The notes: generated by a model not told the origin, from the letters alone. Positions 31,951 through 47,065 are shown, counted from the first letter of the stretch. The stretch: 64,000 bases of DNA from Eledone cirrhosa (GCA_964016885.1 OZ024740.1:344162001-344226000); one strand, 5' to 3'. Translations and numbers: made by a program.

Positions 31951-34900
31951 CTAGCATTAAAGTCCGGCGTTGATCGGGGTCAGTAAGTTACCAAAGTTAG
32001 GTTGCACCACCCATTTTATGGCAGCACTTTTTTTGTCTGCCAGGCACTGGTTGAATGAATTGCAGACCTGGACTGCCGAAGCAGGAGCTGCGCCAGCAGT
32101 GACAATCATAGTTTCGCCTATGGATATTATCTCTGTGCAAAGAAGTGTTGACATTTATTGTTTCACAGTCATTGCGCAACACGCGCGTAGACGATGTCAG
32201 CCGAACAACAGAGGTGCGATGGAGTTGTTCTGCATGACATGTTTTAACGGGGGAGGGGCGCGGAATGAGGGAACCTCAAACAGGGGCCTGAAAACATTGT
32301 CGAATTATGACAACAAAAAAGAGGAAGAGGGGTCATTGTATGGTTGGTGCATCATGTACGTCGGACGTAGAACATGAGCCTGCTGCTGTGCCGATGGAGG
32401 GAGGGAAATGGAGCTGATCGGAGGCCAAGTGTTGGTGAAGTGTGAAGTAATTGCAGGGAACCGCCTGAAAATGTAAATCCCGTCATTAAAGCATTGTTCA
32501 CCCTTTGAGAGTCGTACGGAGGTGAAATACTAACATGTCCATGGTCCTCAGAGGCCCACCAAACGGGGGTTGGTGAGGAGCAACAGCTGATATTTGAGTA
32601 AGGTCGAAGTTGCAATGAAGCTTTGTAACGGCGCGAAAATCAGCCTTTGTACGGCAGATGGTGGGGAGTGTCCAGTGCACTGCAGCGAAGGTTAACCTAC
32701 TTAGAAAGTACTCACGAAAAGGCAAAAAATGAAATAAAAAAAAAGTTATAAAATTAGGAATCGAGGTAATTCTATAAAACCTCCTTGAACACAATGTTTT
32801 TTGTTTTTCCTTGCGGAACGAACGCGAAATCATCACTCTTGCTGTCGACACGCGAGCAGCCAACGTAAATCTGACCATGAGAGAAACACGGTTCCCCCAA
32901 ATGTATTCCCGCGACAGACAGTGTTTGCTCCTGCGCTTTGTTAATTGACATTGCAAAGCATGGCCTGACCGGGAACTGGGACTTCCGAAATGTGAAAGGT
33001 AGGTCTGCACCTGATGGAAAAAGATGCATCCTCGGTATGAGCACAACCTTGCCCCGACCGAAACCTGTGATTATCGTGGCCTCAATCAGATTGGGAGCGG
33101 AACCAAATTTCGAATGAGCATTATAGGGGCACCAACTTTAAGTTTCAAAATGTGTGGAGGTAATCCGGGGGGCTCAAAGGGATATAGTACCTCTATTGGA
33201 TAGTTGATGATGTCCTCGGGGTCAGGAGTTCTATCGATAGACTTATGTACGGAAACAGGAATAAGTTTTAGCATTTGATCATTAATATGGTTAACAATTT
33301 TATTCGTCGGGGCCAGAATAGCCCTTTAGGCAAGCCAATCCATATTCTGATAATTTGCTTGGAGATCTGGGAACACTGCATCCCTGAGATCAGAAGGCGT
33401 ACTAACAACGGTACAAAGTGAGTCGATGGCAATATTACCCTTTTCATCCCCGGGCGTTTTGCCTTCGCCAAGTGCAAGGAGGGTGTGAGAAAATGCTGCT
33501 GATGCGATATCACCTCGCATATGAGCACGCATGTTAGTGTGAAGTTTCAGAGTCTTCACCAGGGGCCACAATGCGGATGACTTAAGACACGCACGTACTG
33601 CAACAACTCTGGTCCCCTTGGGAATAACGGGAAGCGTTTGGCTGAAGTCCCCTGAAAGAAGAAGTGTTACGCCTCCCATGGGAGCCGTAGAATCTTTGAT
33701 GTCTCTCAGAGTTCTATCTAGCGGCTCAAGAGCCCCTCTGTGGGCCATCGTGCATTCGTCCCAAACGATAAGCTTGCATCGTCTGAACACTTCTGCCTGA
33801 TCGGAGCTCTTAGTGATGTTGCAAGTGGGTGTCTCAGCCTTCACTAGGTCAAGCGGGAGCTTGAGATAGGAGTGAGCTGTCCTGCCGCCCGGCAACAAAG
33901 TAGCCGCAATTCCAGATCATGCCACAGCTAAGGCAATGCCTTCTGTTCGCCTAATCTCAGCTGTTATTAATTTGATGACAAAAGTCCCCCCCCCCCCCCA
34001 GGAGCGTCCAGGAAAAATATTCCCCCCAGCTTTGCCCCGGACAGAATTAACAACGGAGTTGTAAGCGAATTTCCGTTCTGGAAGGAGCTTTGACTCATTC
34101 TCCGCTATGTACTGGGTAAGCTCGTCAACATTATAAGATGTCTCACGCAGCAAATCCGAAGACAGAGTGTTTGCGCCTTCCCGGTTTGTTGAAGGTAGGC
34201 CATACACAGCTAACGCACTACTGTCCATATCGAGAACAGTATCTTCGATTTCAAGCAGCGGCCTGTTGTAAATGAGGTCACTGTACCCGACCAATGGGTT
34301 TAGCAACTGAGCGTGACGCAGGAAATCTTCAGACATGTAATCTTTGTAGCTAAGCCATAAAGAGGCCGGATCACCCAAGTCACACCATAGGAGTAGAATA
34401 GCGAAAAGCGATCTTAGTCTTTTAGGAGATTTCAACAAAACGCCCTCTGCCATGGTGGCGCCCCATTGTGAATCATCCTCCAAAAGGCCACGTCTAAAGC
34501 AGGCTTCCCGGAAAGTATCACATAATTCACCGTCAACAGTTCTTATGTCTCGAAAGCTTTGTGGGCCAAAAACCTCTTGGAGGAGAAGGCGCAAGTGAAA
34601 ACATTCATGCTGGTTGGGAGGTACAGTGTACACTCTGCCTAGACAACTGTCAAACTTGACACCAGGATGTCCTTCAACATCCTGACCCGACTTCCTACGC
34701 ACCCAAGTGTTGTTTGACCACACGTAGTAGGACGGGACCTGAGGATATGAAAGTGTTTTTGCAAATGTGTCAAGTTGGCAAAGCGTAAAAAAAACAGTCA
34801 GAGTTGTTTCTTTTGGATTGGCCGCCAAATGAGCAGCACTCTGTTCAGTAAAGTAAGCCCGCTGGCCATTTTCCAAATGAACCGCTAGTTGTATGATGGC

Positions 34901-37790
34901 GGGGTGCCTTTGGTGAAGTGGAAACCCGAATATCCGCCAAAAAGCTTCACCATTGCTGATATATCGACCTGTCAAGTACTCCGAGACCTCGTCCCTGCTA
35001 TTGTCGTTTTGAAGGCCGAACATGGCAGCGTCGGAACCCTTGTCAACATATTTACATATGTACTTTATCGACTTCACTGAATGACAGAACTCCACATTTA
35101 TATGAGCGTTGAAAGTTTTCATCAGAAATGGACAGTACGGGACCACCCACCTATTATCAACTTGATGACCCCGTAACGTCATTGTGAATCCACTGTTCTC
35201 AGGCTGCCTTCGTCTGTACAGTGGGTATCCGTCGCCGCCGGTCTGAGTCTTCTCAACAAACCTCTTTGGGTATTGTTTAGTGCACACATGGTCCTTGTGG
35301 CATGAGGACAACTCTTGAAAACCGGGACCGCACGGATCGTGCACCATTTGTGCCTTCACAATGTCGTACAGCTGCCGGTCAACAACGGGGTCCCGTATTT
35401 CCGCTGCGATGAGGTCATCTAGAACTGTAGGGTCTATTTGGTGACCGACCAAACCAAAATGTGCGCGTGTGGCAACCCTCTCTTCTGCCATTCAACAGTA
35501 TACATGTGGCACGTAACAGGCCCGAAAGCACTCCCTTTTTTGATTAGATCAATTAGCTTAGCCAGCTTCTGCCTGAAAATCCTGGCAATAATATCATGCC
35601 GATGGCCGTACTGCTGCCCTGGGATAAGTTCCCGCGTAACCTCAACCCACTTGGGGTTACACGTAAACGTGATGAATAAATCGGCGCGCCCATCATGCCG
35701 AACGAACGTCATAGCGTCCTGTGTTCGCTCGTGCATGTAAAGCCCCCCCCCCCCCACCCGTATAGGTTGAGGACAGAATGCACATTTTGCCGATATTCCG
35801 GGGGTTAGTGTCATTCCTGATGCCGTCACGCAAATGGATGTAGGAGTCTCAGCGCAGCTGCTTCTGATTCAATTTTATGAGGCACACTCTCTCCGACTCC
35901 ATCTTTGCAGCCATGTCAACTGCAAACTGGTGAAACATTTCCCGTGACCTGTGCAGGGTGCTGAAATCGTTAGGTGTCGTCATGAAGCGTTATGAGTATA
36001 AAGCCTACATGAAACAGTTTTAGATGTCGCAGCAGTGGGCTCGTTTCGTTTGCGCTGTGGAATGCCGAAATGGTACCCGTCTTCTCCGTATGCAAAAAAA
36101 GGGGATACTGCAGAACGCCGTATGAACGATGTGTCTCATTAATACGTCGAAGACCACTGTCACGACTTTGAAGAACTATGTCTCGCTTATTGTGCTGTTC
36201 ACCATGGATAACTACGGCCACTTCATTGCACGAAGGAGCGTTATAACGGCGGCGTGCTCCCCAGAAGTCTTTTGTCAGCATCGATGACAATGGTGAAGTT
36301 TGGGGAAGGGTTTGTTTCCAATGCGTATTTGAAACTGCGAATATAACTGTTGTGCTCATGAAGCATGTTTTGAAGACCGAGCAGCACGTCCCTTTCAAAA
36401 TTGTCAGCGTCAGTGTTTGCAAACGCCGAACCGCGCATCAACTTGCCTACTGCAGTTTGAAATGAAGTAAATTTGAAGGAACGAAGGCTTGCAATTTTGT
36501 AGTGGCTGGAGCGACCCAATAAGATGGTACACCTGCCCCTGGACCTTGAAAGTAGGCATCCAACCACTTTCTCTGACAACGTTAGCCCCGAAAGAAGTCA
36601 TTTGAAACGCACAATTGTACTTCCTGATGAGTTGAAGGAATTTGGATGACTTTGAGGTAGAACCAGTAAGTAGTTCCTTCAAAGGCTCTGGTGGTTCTCC
36701 AAGAGGAACAAGCTGACCATACCGTTTAAGCAGCACATTGCAGGTGGCTCCCCAGCCCACTTTTTAGCATTGTAGAATTTGCAATTGAAGCGTATTTCCC
36801 CTATATTTATGTCGGCACGCATCGAGTAGTTAACGTTGGGCTCATACTTGAAAGCCTGTAGGTGCCTGTATGGGCTGTTGGGGCTCGTCCCACCGCGGGC
36901 AGCTTCTTGTCGTCGACTGTTCCGCTCCAACGTAGAATGTTGCTCCTGTCAGTCGTGGAGCGCCCGTCTGCATCTTCAGAAGCCATGGAAGCAGTCATCG
37001 CTGCAGAGTTCCTAGCAAGGCGAAAGTCCGCCGTTCCAAACCTTCCGAAGCCCTGGAAGCAGCAGTAGCCGCGGCGTTTCTATTCAGGTGAGTCGACCAT
37101 TTTTGCGGGCCCTCTGTAGCCCTGGAAGCAGAAGTAGCAGCAGCATTTCTATCCAGGCGAGTCGACCTTTGTTCCGGGCCCTCTGAAGCCCTGGAAGTAG
37201 GAGTAGAAGAGTTTTGGGGGGAATGACGTTTTGCCCGCTCTGAATCGCACATGGCAGCACGTCTCGAGGCGTCGTATGAAGCCATCTTGGCTAGGCGTGC
37301 GGTGCGTTGTTGAAAACTTTCAGTAGCTCTGCATTCCGCTGAACGTAAGGCGCTCTGTGAAACTCTTAAAGCAGTTTCCTCGGGGGACTCTATTTGGTAT
37401 AAAATGTAAGCGTCATGTATTTAACGTTTGTCTCTGTCCCTCACTCTCTGGGCCACTCCTTTATTTTTTTATCTCTCGCTCTCTAAAGTAAATTAGTAAG
37501 GAGTGGGTAGATTGCAGCATGTATCTTTTTTTCCGATTTTTAAGGGAAGTAGAGAGACAGAATCAGATTGTATTAGAGGAGTAAAGCGTCATGTATTTAG
37601 TTTTATCTATTATTTCCGTAATTGTGGGTGATTTTGAAATAAATAAATAGTCGTTGAGCTAAGTTAGACGATTTCCAACATTCTTACAGACGTTCAGTCG
37701 AATCGGTTTGAAATTGTGCAAATGTATAAACATGGAACATGCACACACACACACAGTGCACACACACACAGTGCAATCAAATTTTTGCGG
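31951..37790 (-). mobile_element. Autonomous-type Helitron (decayed)
   Basis: Minus-strand 3' end CCCGatcaacgcCGGA-ctttaatg-CTAG|T at 31951; RepHel coding inside; 5' end approximate. Confidence 0.9.
32772..37340 (-). pseudogene. Helitron RepHel transposase (Zn finger, HUH-Y2 Rep, PIF1 helicase), frameshifted
   Basis: KYNCAFQMTSFGA, FKVQGQVYH, DLFITFTCNPKW, EWQKRGLPHAHIL, DGYPLYRRR, KYICKYVDKG, PGGRTAHS, IVWDECTM, GDFSQTLPV, QFPVRPCFAMSINKAQ, FSHGQIYVGCSRV. Confidence 0.95.
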
Positions 37791-37871
37791 AAAATATCTT
37801 ACCTTCTCCAATAAAAAATATTATATATTTTGCGAAATACAGTGACTTACAATAATGACTCACTATATATA

Positions 37872-37873
<2 letters not shown>

Positions 37874-37942
<69 letters not shown>

Positions 37943-38026
37943 TGTGTGTGTGTGAGTGTGTGTGTGTGTGTGTGTGTGTCTGCGCGTGGGTGTGTATGTG
38001 TGTGTATGTGTGTGTGTGTGTGTGTG
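37874..38026. repeat. (TG)n microsatellite
   Basis: Direct. Confidence 0.95.
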
Positions 38027-38032
38027 TATCTA

Positions 38033-38069
<37 letters not shown>

Positions 38070-38197
38070 TATGAAGAGAGAAGAAACATTTAGATATAAT
38101 TAGTAATAAAATGTATCATACCTAAACTGCTCCTAGATTCCTCGACTACGTAGTTTCGTGGCATAAACAAAAACAGTATCTGTGTGTTTCTAAATAT

Positions 38198-38239
<42 letters not shown>

Positions 38240-39093
38240 CACAACCTTCATCACTAATTGATTTGACAGATGTTTTAACCCATTGATACCAAACATTATT
38301 TGCTCAGTAGTTCGCGTGTAAGTATATAAATATATATATATGCTTGTGATTCTGTCTATATATATATGTATGTTTGCAATGAATACACTAAGCTTTAGAT
38401 TTAGTAGAATGTACAACCATTGATTCCAGCTATTTGCACTATCGTATATTTTGGTTTCTAGTAATTCCCTGGGCAATTGGTTGACCAAATGCTTTGCTTA
38501 ATTGTTTTATTTAATTAAAAAAAAAATTTTCTTTCTCTTAGATTTCAGGTATTTTTTGAAAGTAAAGCATTGGTGCCTAAAATACTACAGTGGGCCCTGC
38601 AATGCTACTGTTGGCTCTTGCAATGCTACCGTGGGCACCCTGGAGCACACTTGCCATTGGGCAAACTGGCAATATGGCCAGTCCACCACTGTATTTATAT
38701 ATATATAAATGTATACTCACGAACAGCACATTTGATTGATTTATTTTAAAAAATGAGACAAATTTAAAATAGTAACTCAATAAATATATATTGCGGTTAA
38801 TTTGTTGAGTATATATTAATTATTACGTCTTTCGTGTCAATAGGAGGGGATATTTGTCGAAACCATCTTTTGAATTATAATTGTGATAATTATCACAAAT
38901 TAACCAGCACATGTTCGAAGCTCCTAGTCTTTATTCACAAATTATACGTTTAAGTTTTTAAACATACCTTTTAAGTTTTAAACCAAGATACGGATAAACA
39001 GCACCTATGGATTTTAAATTTCTCTCCGGCTTCATTAACTAGCAGCAATATCCATATAAAACCACCCCTCTCACACACACACGCACACATACC

Positions 39094-39127
<34 letters not shown>

Positions 39128-39176
39128 TACGCACACACACACACACACACACACACTCTCTCTCTATATATATCTA

Positions 39177-40158
39177 TCTATATATATAAAACTGATGTTG
39201 TCTGTATGTGTGTGTCCTCATTTTTGCAAAGTCTATACAAATCCAAATTTCTACTCCGATTGCCTTTAAACTTGCATTTATATATTCCTTGCGGTCTAAA
39301 GATATTAACTGCAGCCTTTATTTTTCAATCTTCTGTTGTTAAAAGGGTGTTAGGCGCCGGTTATCCATCTCTGTCGCGCTGTTATAATTCTGTCTGTATG
39401 TCTGGGTGTCTGCATTACGACATTCTGACGAACATTGATGACGTGTTATGTTCGCTATTTTCCTTTCATTGCCAAGGAACGTCTTCACGAACCAAATTAT
39501 CGTCTTCCTGTTTTCCTTCGGTTGCAACGTTTTTCGAAATATTTACTTCTGGTTTCACAGATTGATGTTTTTTGTTTCAGAAGATCCCGTTAAGTGTGAA
39601 ACCCAAGAAGTACGCAACAGATTTTTTTCAAACGTTATATGTGTATTACTTATATTTCAGTGAGTGTTATGCACATAAAGAAATTAACTTTTTCCAGCTT
39701 TTTAGGGGTTTTTCCCAGCATTTTAGGGGCTTTTTGAGGCGTTACGTCAGACTAATTTCCTTGAAATTGTAACTATGTATTAGTCAGTCTCTTCTTCGTG
39801 AGCAAAGAAAATACAACTTTTTTATGGCCTAGGGCCCGTATTAGGTGAAGAACGTCATTGTTTCCAGCTTTTTAGGGCTTTTTTGAGGTGTTACGTCTAG
39901 GCGATTTTCCCGAAATTTCAAGGCATATTATGCATATAAAAATAATTCATTTTCTTGATCCCCTAGATTAGGTGAAATTAGGTGAACACCTACCTTTTTC
40001 CTGCTTCATCGAGTAAAATCTTAGATTATCCAGCCATCAGATATACGGTTTATTTTCTTTACATATTGTCCAGGCATGCACTTTTTCCACGATTAGGTCT
40101 GTTGGCGGCCCGCGTGCCAATATACATTATCCCGTGCAACGTCGGGTAACAATGCTAG
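39177..40158 (+). mobile_element. Non-autonomous Helitron
   Basis: A|TCTATATATATAAAA 5' end; CCCGtgcaacgtCGGG hairpin 40131-40146; CTAG|T at 40155-40159. Confidence 0.85.
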
Positions 40159-40190
40159 TATATATATATAAATATATTTATATACCTTTC

Positions 40191-40298
<108 letters not shown>

Positions 40299-40458
40299 AT
40301 ATATAAATATATATTCTATATATATATATATATGTGTGTGAATGAAGTAATTCCGTCGGAAAAGTCCAGGAAAAAAGAGTGCTCTATGTAGGTAACATAG
40401 CTTAATAGTTATGTAATAATAGTTATGTAATACTTATTACATAAATATATATATATAC

Positions 40459-40492
<34 letters not shown>

Positions 40493-40583
40493 GCATATAT
40501 ATAATATACATATATATATACATATATATATATAAAGATATATATATGTATATATATATAGAATATATATATGTATATATATA

Positions 40584-40663
<80 letters not shown>

Positions 40664-40692
40664 TATATATATACATATATATATATATATAG

Positions 40693-40725
<33 letters not shown>

Positions 40726-40822
40726 ATATATATATATAGATATATATTATATATAGATATATTATATATTATGAAATACTTGGCTTCACGCTCACAACAA
40801 TTTCTATACTTTAATTTATAGA

Positions 40823-40893
<71 letters not shown>

Positions 40894-40910
40894 TAGATAT
40901 AGATATATAT

Positions 40911-41522
40911 AAGTATGTATACGTACATACATATTTATATATACAGACGTACAGTAGTATGTATATATATATATACATACATGCACACATACATACATGT
41001 ACCTATGGATTCACCGAACATTTATTATAATGCTCGGTCTGTTTGTAAATAAACATCCCGAATTAAGCCATACAATGTCTAGCAACCATCGTTGCTCATT
41101 TGTTCAACACTGACAAAGGAATGGTGTACTAGTTTCAAACTTATTAGCTATCGTCAGCAACGTATACCTTCCTGCCAGATGGTTGAACGTCTGAAAGTAT
41201 ATAATTTCCTTATGCATATTAACGGCTGAGCAACCTAATTTGCATATCGAGTGGGTTTATCGGCCGGGGTACCGAATGTTTGTTTACAAACACACCGAGC
41301 ATTATAATAAATGTTCGGTGAATCCATACGTACATGTATGTATGTGTGCATGTATGTATATATATATATACATACTACTGTACGTCTGTATACATATATG
41401 TATGTACGTATACATACTTATATTTAAGTAACAGCCGCACTAAGAGTAAGAAACGAAATTTCGTTTCATTTTTTCCGTTTATCGTTTTCGGTGCACCCGG
41501 CCGATTAACTCACTCGATATGC

Positions 41523-41527
<5 letters not shown>
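40911..41527 (-). mobile_element. HHR-bearing non-coding element (~448-bp family) with inverted arm
   Basis: 41276-41419 inverts 40911-41056 and ~41492-41527 inverts ~41236-41274; HHR at 41123-41162. Confidence 0.8.
41123..41162 (-). ncRNA. Minimal hammerhead ribozyme
   Basis: TG-CTGACGA-T-AGCT aata AGTT-T-GAAA-CTAG-TA-CA; stem I is weak. Confidence 0.65.
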
Positions 41528-41575
<48 letters not shown>

Positions 41576-41865
41576 TTACCTCATGTGAATACGGTTATAA
41601 TTGAATATTTAGAAAATAGAATTTGAAGTTTCATTGTAAATTGACGATACAAATTAAATCCAATATTAGGGCATATGAACCACGATCCTAGTAGCGTTTG
41701 TTGGTGTAATTGTTTAACATACTTGTGATGTAAATCACAGATGTGAGATCGATTCCCACTCCTGTTAATGCCCATTTTTTCCGTTATGGAGGTACATATG
41801 CCCTAATATATTGGACTATTTCCTATAATCAATTTAATAGAAATCTTCTAAATCTATTTTCAACA

Positions 41866-41905
<40 letters not shown>

Positions 41906-41925
41906 TATATATGCATATACACATG

Positions 41926-41993
<68 letters not shown>

Positions 41994-42805
41994 TATTTTC
42001 ACAGTTTTAATCTAGTTCGACCATTATTCAGCATAGAACTCGATACTTGTGTTAGTAGAGAGTAATTATGTTAGAGAGAGAGTCGGGGACTGTGGGCTTA
42101 CCTCTTGCCGTTTCTACAGCTAATTCAAGTCTGGAATTAGATCTCAAAACGGCAAGAAATCAGCATTCGGGCCCTCACTCGCTCTAATGGAAATCCGTAT
42201 TGTGATTTATGTATATAAACATACATTCATATATATATATATATGGCCTGTTTACATCAACAGATCATGACGTAAATTGTTGACCACGTCACCAGGTGCA
42301 AATTGCAATGATTGAATATTCGTTCACTAGATTATGTGAAACATAAACAGAGATCAGATTCGACTCGGAGACAGTACGCTATCCTGTGTTACTGACATGA
42401 GGATTTGCCCATTTGGAAGTGGTTTATCATATATAGAAGTCAAGTCACATATTAGTTGTAGAAGATAGACTAGTTTGTCGAATGCGTAGATTTGCTATAG
42501 CGCATGAGTAATGTTTTACCAGGTTCATCGTATAGTTGTATAACATATTGTATCTTCTATGTTAAAATACCTGGTATAAAATTTGATAACAGTTTACCAT
42601 TGTCATTGGATCATTGCTTTATATTTTGTGATTCCTCCTTGGTTTCTAGTTAAAGTAGCTCGTATACATTTTATGTCTCAATGGGATGGTTTTGTCTGAT
42701 TTGGTATTTACGTCTTCCACGTATTCCATATTCCGTTCTTAAACGCATTCTATCCATCTCATAAATTTAAATATATATATATATATATATTTAAATTTAT
42801 GAGAT

Positions 42806-42900
<95 letters not shown>

Positions 42901-42980
42901 TATTATATATATATACAAACATTATATATATATGTATATAAATATATAATATTTATATATCTATCTATCTATATATATAT

Positions 42981-43053
<73 letters not shown>

Positions 43054-43119
43054 GTATATATATAGAGAGAGATAGATAGAGAGATCTATTATATATATAT
43101 ATATTAATGATCCCTGTTG

Positions 43120-43257
<138 letters not shown>

Positions 43258-43559
43258 ACAGGGATCATTAATACACAATCTGTTACAACAGTTTCCAATT
43301 CTAAATAAATCTAATAGACTAAGGAAAGAAAGGAATCAAGAAAATAATGTAATATATTCTTCAAACTATCAATTAATCTAATCACAGACACACACACGCA
43401 CTAACGCACATACACCTACAGACACTCCATCCCACGCACACCTACGCCAAACACACATACACACACACGCACACACATATATATATATACTTATATATAT
43501 AAATACATACATATATATATAGATATATATACACACATATATATATATGTGTGTTTGTG

Positions 43560-43622
<63 letters not shown>

Positions 43623-45033
43623 GTGTGTTTGCGTGTGTGTGTGTATGCATATGTATTTTTCTCATTTGCCTTTTCGACCATAACAAACAGCCTAGGTAGG
43701 TGAGTCTAGTGGAGAAAATGATACACACAGCTATTGATAGTAGTAGTAAGTTTAATGAAAGTTGCCGTATCAAATACAATTGAACATCCGTCCTGTAGGT
43801 TTTGAAGTATAAAACCTCGTTTAGAATTAATTTACACACAAAGAGATTTTTTCGGAAGAAGAGGAAGATAACGGAGCGAAGAAAGAATGATAGTAAGATA
43901 CACCAACGGCAACAACAAGAACAACAGATAGAATAAAATGGACAGGAAATAAAACTTAAATTTCTGAAACAAAAGAATGAAGAATGAAAAAGAGAAAAGA
44001 AAAGCTGGGAAGAGTGAAGTGAGGAAAGACAAGAGAGAGAAAAGAAATAGCCGTAAAGGAAATCCCTTTAAAATGAAAGAGAAAGTTTATTAAACTGCCA
44101 ACATTTTTAATTAGGGTTAAGAAATAAAGAATTTAACGGATGTTAGTTCCACCAAAATGATTTCTTTCAAGCAATTAGAACACTATTTAGAGCATGCCTG
44201 GTTTGATCTCTCATTTGAAGTTTCTACAGATAATTAGAATATGTCAAATGAATAAGCAAAGCAGAGATAGATGTGTACAGGGATGTGCGGACGGTATATG
44301 CGTCACTATCTCATTCGCTGATGATATGTGGATATATGTGTTTGAATATTTGGTTATAGGTGAGTGTGCGCTTTTGTTTAACGGATGATGAATATGTCGA
44401 GTGAAGGTAGCAACAGAGTTTCAATATTCGACGAGTGCATAATTCATTTTAATTCACTCACAATTTTTCCAATCAGCTTGCATAATGAATTTTAATCTAC
44501 GCACTCATTAAATATATTAAACTGTATCTCATTTCTATCGAAGTATATTTCGAAGTATTTTTTAAAATATTTAAAATTATTTTAACTTCTGTTAGAAACG
44601 AATAGTCAATGTGGTACTGCAGCATGGAACACACAGAATATATAGAAGTATTAAAGATTCATGTTAAAGATTCATAGAATGAAATATTTTGTGCATATTT
44701 CTACGAAAGTGCTGTAGGTATTCTGAAGCTTGTGGAATTTATCTGAATTGCGGCTGTGATATCATTACCTATGTCATTTAGAAGTAATTGCCTTTTTCTG
44801 ATTTACAATATTGTATTCTATGACTTCCTAACATCATCAAGATAGGAAGCATTTCAATACAATTATGAGAAAATAAGTAGAGCACATTGAATCAGGCATG
44901 CAAACAACTCGATGTACAGGAGTACACAAACCATGAAATATCGCTTATACATATACCTATACACATGCACATACACACACACACACACAAATACACATAC
45001 ACGGACTCACTCAAAAACTATATGTGTGTGTGA

Positions 45034-45106
<73 letters not shown>

Positions 45107-45339
45107 CTCACACACACATATATAATCCACTGAGGAATTTAAGTAATAACCAATTCAGAATTAACACAATTATCAGCCATAATTTCAAATTTCATTTTAT
45201 TTGTAATGTCAATTATTTATAATTCTGGTTTGTATCATCAACTCTTTTATATGCTTGCATACATAACAAAATATACATCCTCGGTTATTTTGAGATAAAA
45301 CTGAAGACATTTACCAAGTAGATAGAAGAACCTTCAGCG

Positions 45340-46130
45340 AGTTACTGAAAAATATCATTACTAACAAACATATGAGAGCCAAGCAAAAGACCTTCGATAG
45401 TATTAACAGAGATGCGAAGGTTGGATGATAGAATAGAGACGCTAACTAAGCGAAACACCTTTATCAGTATGAAGGACCGCAAGGATAATTTCACCTCCTG
45501 CTCTAAGTGCAGGTTAATAAATCGACCAAAATCAGAAATCGGCATAGTTAGCATAAGTATTTTAATGAACATTAATATCAACATTATGAAGACCATCAAC
45601 TTAGATCAGCAGACAAACAGTGGGAAAATAATTAGATAGTTTAAGAATACTATCAATAAGAGAAGCTCCAATAATATCTACCCAAAATATATTGAGGAAT
45701 GTAAGGTTAATATGTACGCGAGAAAAACGCTTCAGTCTATACCGAGTCTTTGCCTTAGAGATAGCCAGCAACATGAATAGACGCACACAAGATAAATAAA
45801 TAAAAAATGTCACACAAACCTTTAGATGCTTCGACATATAAAGCATTATAGTCGCTAATGTGACCCCTGTGAATGCCCTAACATTAAACCGAGACTTAAA
45901 GAATAATGTCTACATCATTGATAGAAAAGCGAACGATGCGTTGTCTTACATAATCAATAGATCCTGCCACCTCTAATAGTTTTCAAACATATAATAACAA
46001 ATATAAGTAGGAGAAACCCCAGCCGTTCATCTAGCAGAGATACATTTAAGAAATCAGCGCCTTCCTACAAAGATTCCCTAGAAGCCATCGTTTTTAAGGA
46101 GAAAATTATTTACAGCCTTAGTCCTATTCA
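45340..46130 (+). mobile_element. Highly decayed PLE RT fragment
   Basis: RIETLTKRNTFISMKDRKDNF..KCRLINRPKSEIGIVS resembles the PLE FITLKDHK..CRLINP block. Confidence 0.6.
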
Positions 46131-46234
46131 ACCGCAGAGAAACAGAGTAGTATATTGTAGCCCAAGATGCCACGCACTGCGATTTAACCCAATCCTAAAT
46201 TTGCTAAGCGAACTACAGGCACTTAAACCTACCC

Positions 46235-46285
<51 letters not shown>

Positions 46286-46384
46286 TCTCTCTCTCTCTTT
46301 ATATATATACACACATACTCTTTACACACACACACACACACACAGATATATTAGTATCGGTGCTGCTCTGAATTAGCGATATGT

Positions 46385-46759
46385 ATATGAATGTAAGTAT
46401 AGTATATTTGATGATATAATATATGTTTATTTAAAAACATTTTGAAGACCATTCACTATGAATTTTAAAGTAGTGAATATGTCACTTTCTTAGTCTCGGC
46501 AAAAGCGAAGGGAAGCAACCGACGGCGTAATACTCACTTGAATTCTATAGGAATCCAGATTCTATAAATCTCGGCAGATGCGAAGGGATATGCAATTTTA
46601 ATAACCACCAACGAGCGAGAAACAGCCGTCGGTTGCTTCCTTTTGCTTTTGCCGAGACCAAGTAAGTAACATAGTCACTATTTAAAAACTCATAGCGAAT
46701 GATCTTCAAAATGTTTTAAATATACATACGGTATATTATCAAATATACTATACATTACA

Positions 46760-46767
<8 letters not shown>
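46385..46767. repeat. Old imperfect fold-back (arms 46385-46527 and 46624-46767)
   Basis: gtctcggcaaaagcgaagggaagcaaccgacggc versus gccgtcggttgcttccttttgcttttgccgagac. Confidence 0.75.
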
Positions 46768-46801
<34 letters not shown>

Positions 46802-47020
46802 TAAGTTAAAGATGTACATCCATATATGTATACTGAAATACTAGTATGTATATGAATACACACACGTATACATATGTAGATGTACCAAGTTTTTTCACTG
46901 GTCACTTTACTGTGAGTGGCCAGCTATTCTGTATGTAAACACACAGACAAACCGGTTTTTAGAGTCATACTGGTTTTTGAGGAAACACCTTTCCTCTATT
47001 CTCCAGAAAGCCAGACAAGG

Positions 47021-47065
47021 AATATTGAACTAGTTTCGTTGTTGTTACAACTCATCAGCAATATT
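47021..47065 (-). ncRNA. Minimal type I hammerhead ribozyme (unit 1)
   Basis: AATATTG-CTGATGA-GTTGT aaca ACAAC-GAAA-CTAG-TT-CAATATT. Confidence 0.9.

Noticed and set aside
44385-44435. HHR-like atgatga..gtcga..tcgac-gag
   Set aside because: Both core boxes are mutated and stems I and III cannot be found.
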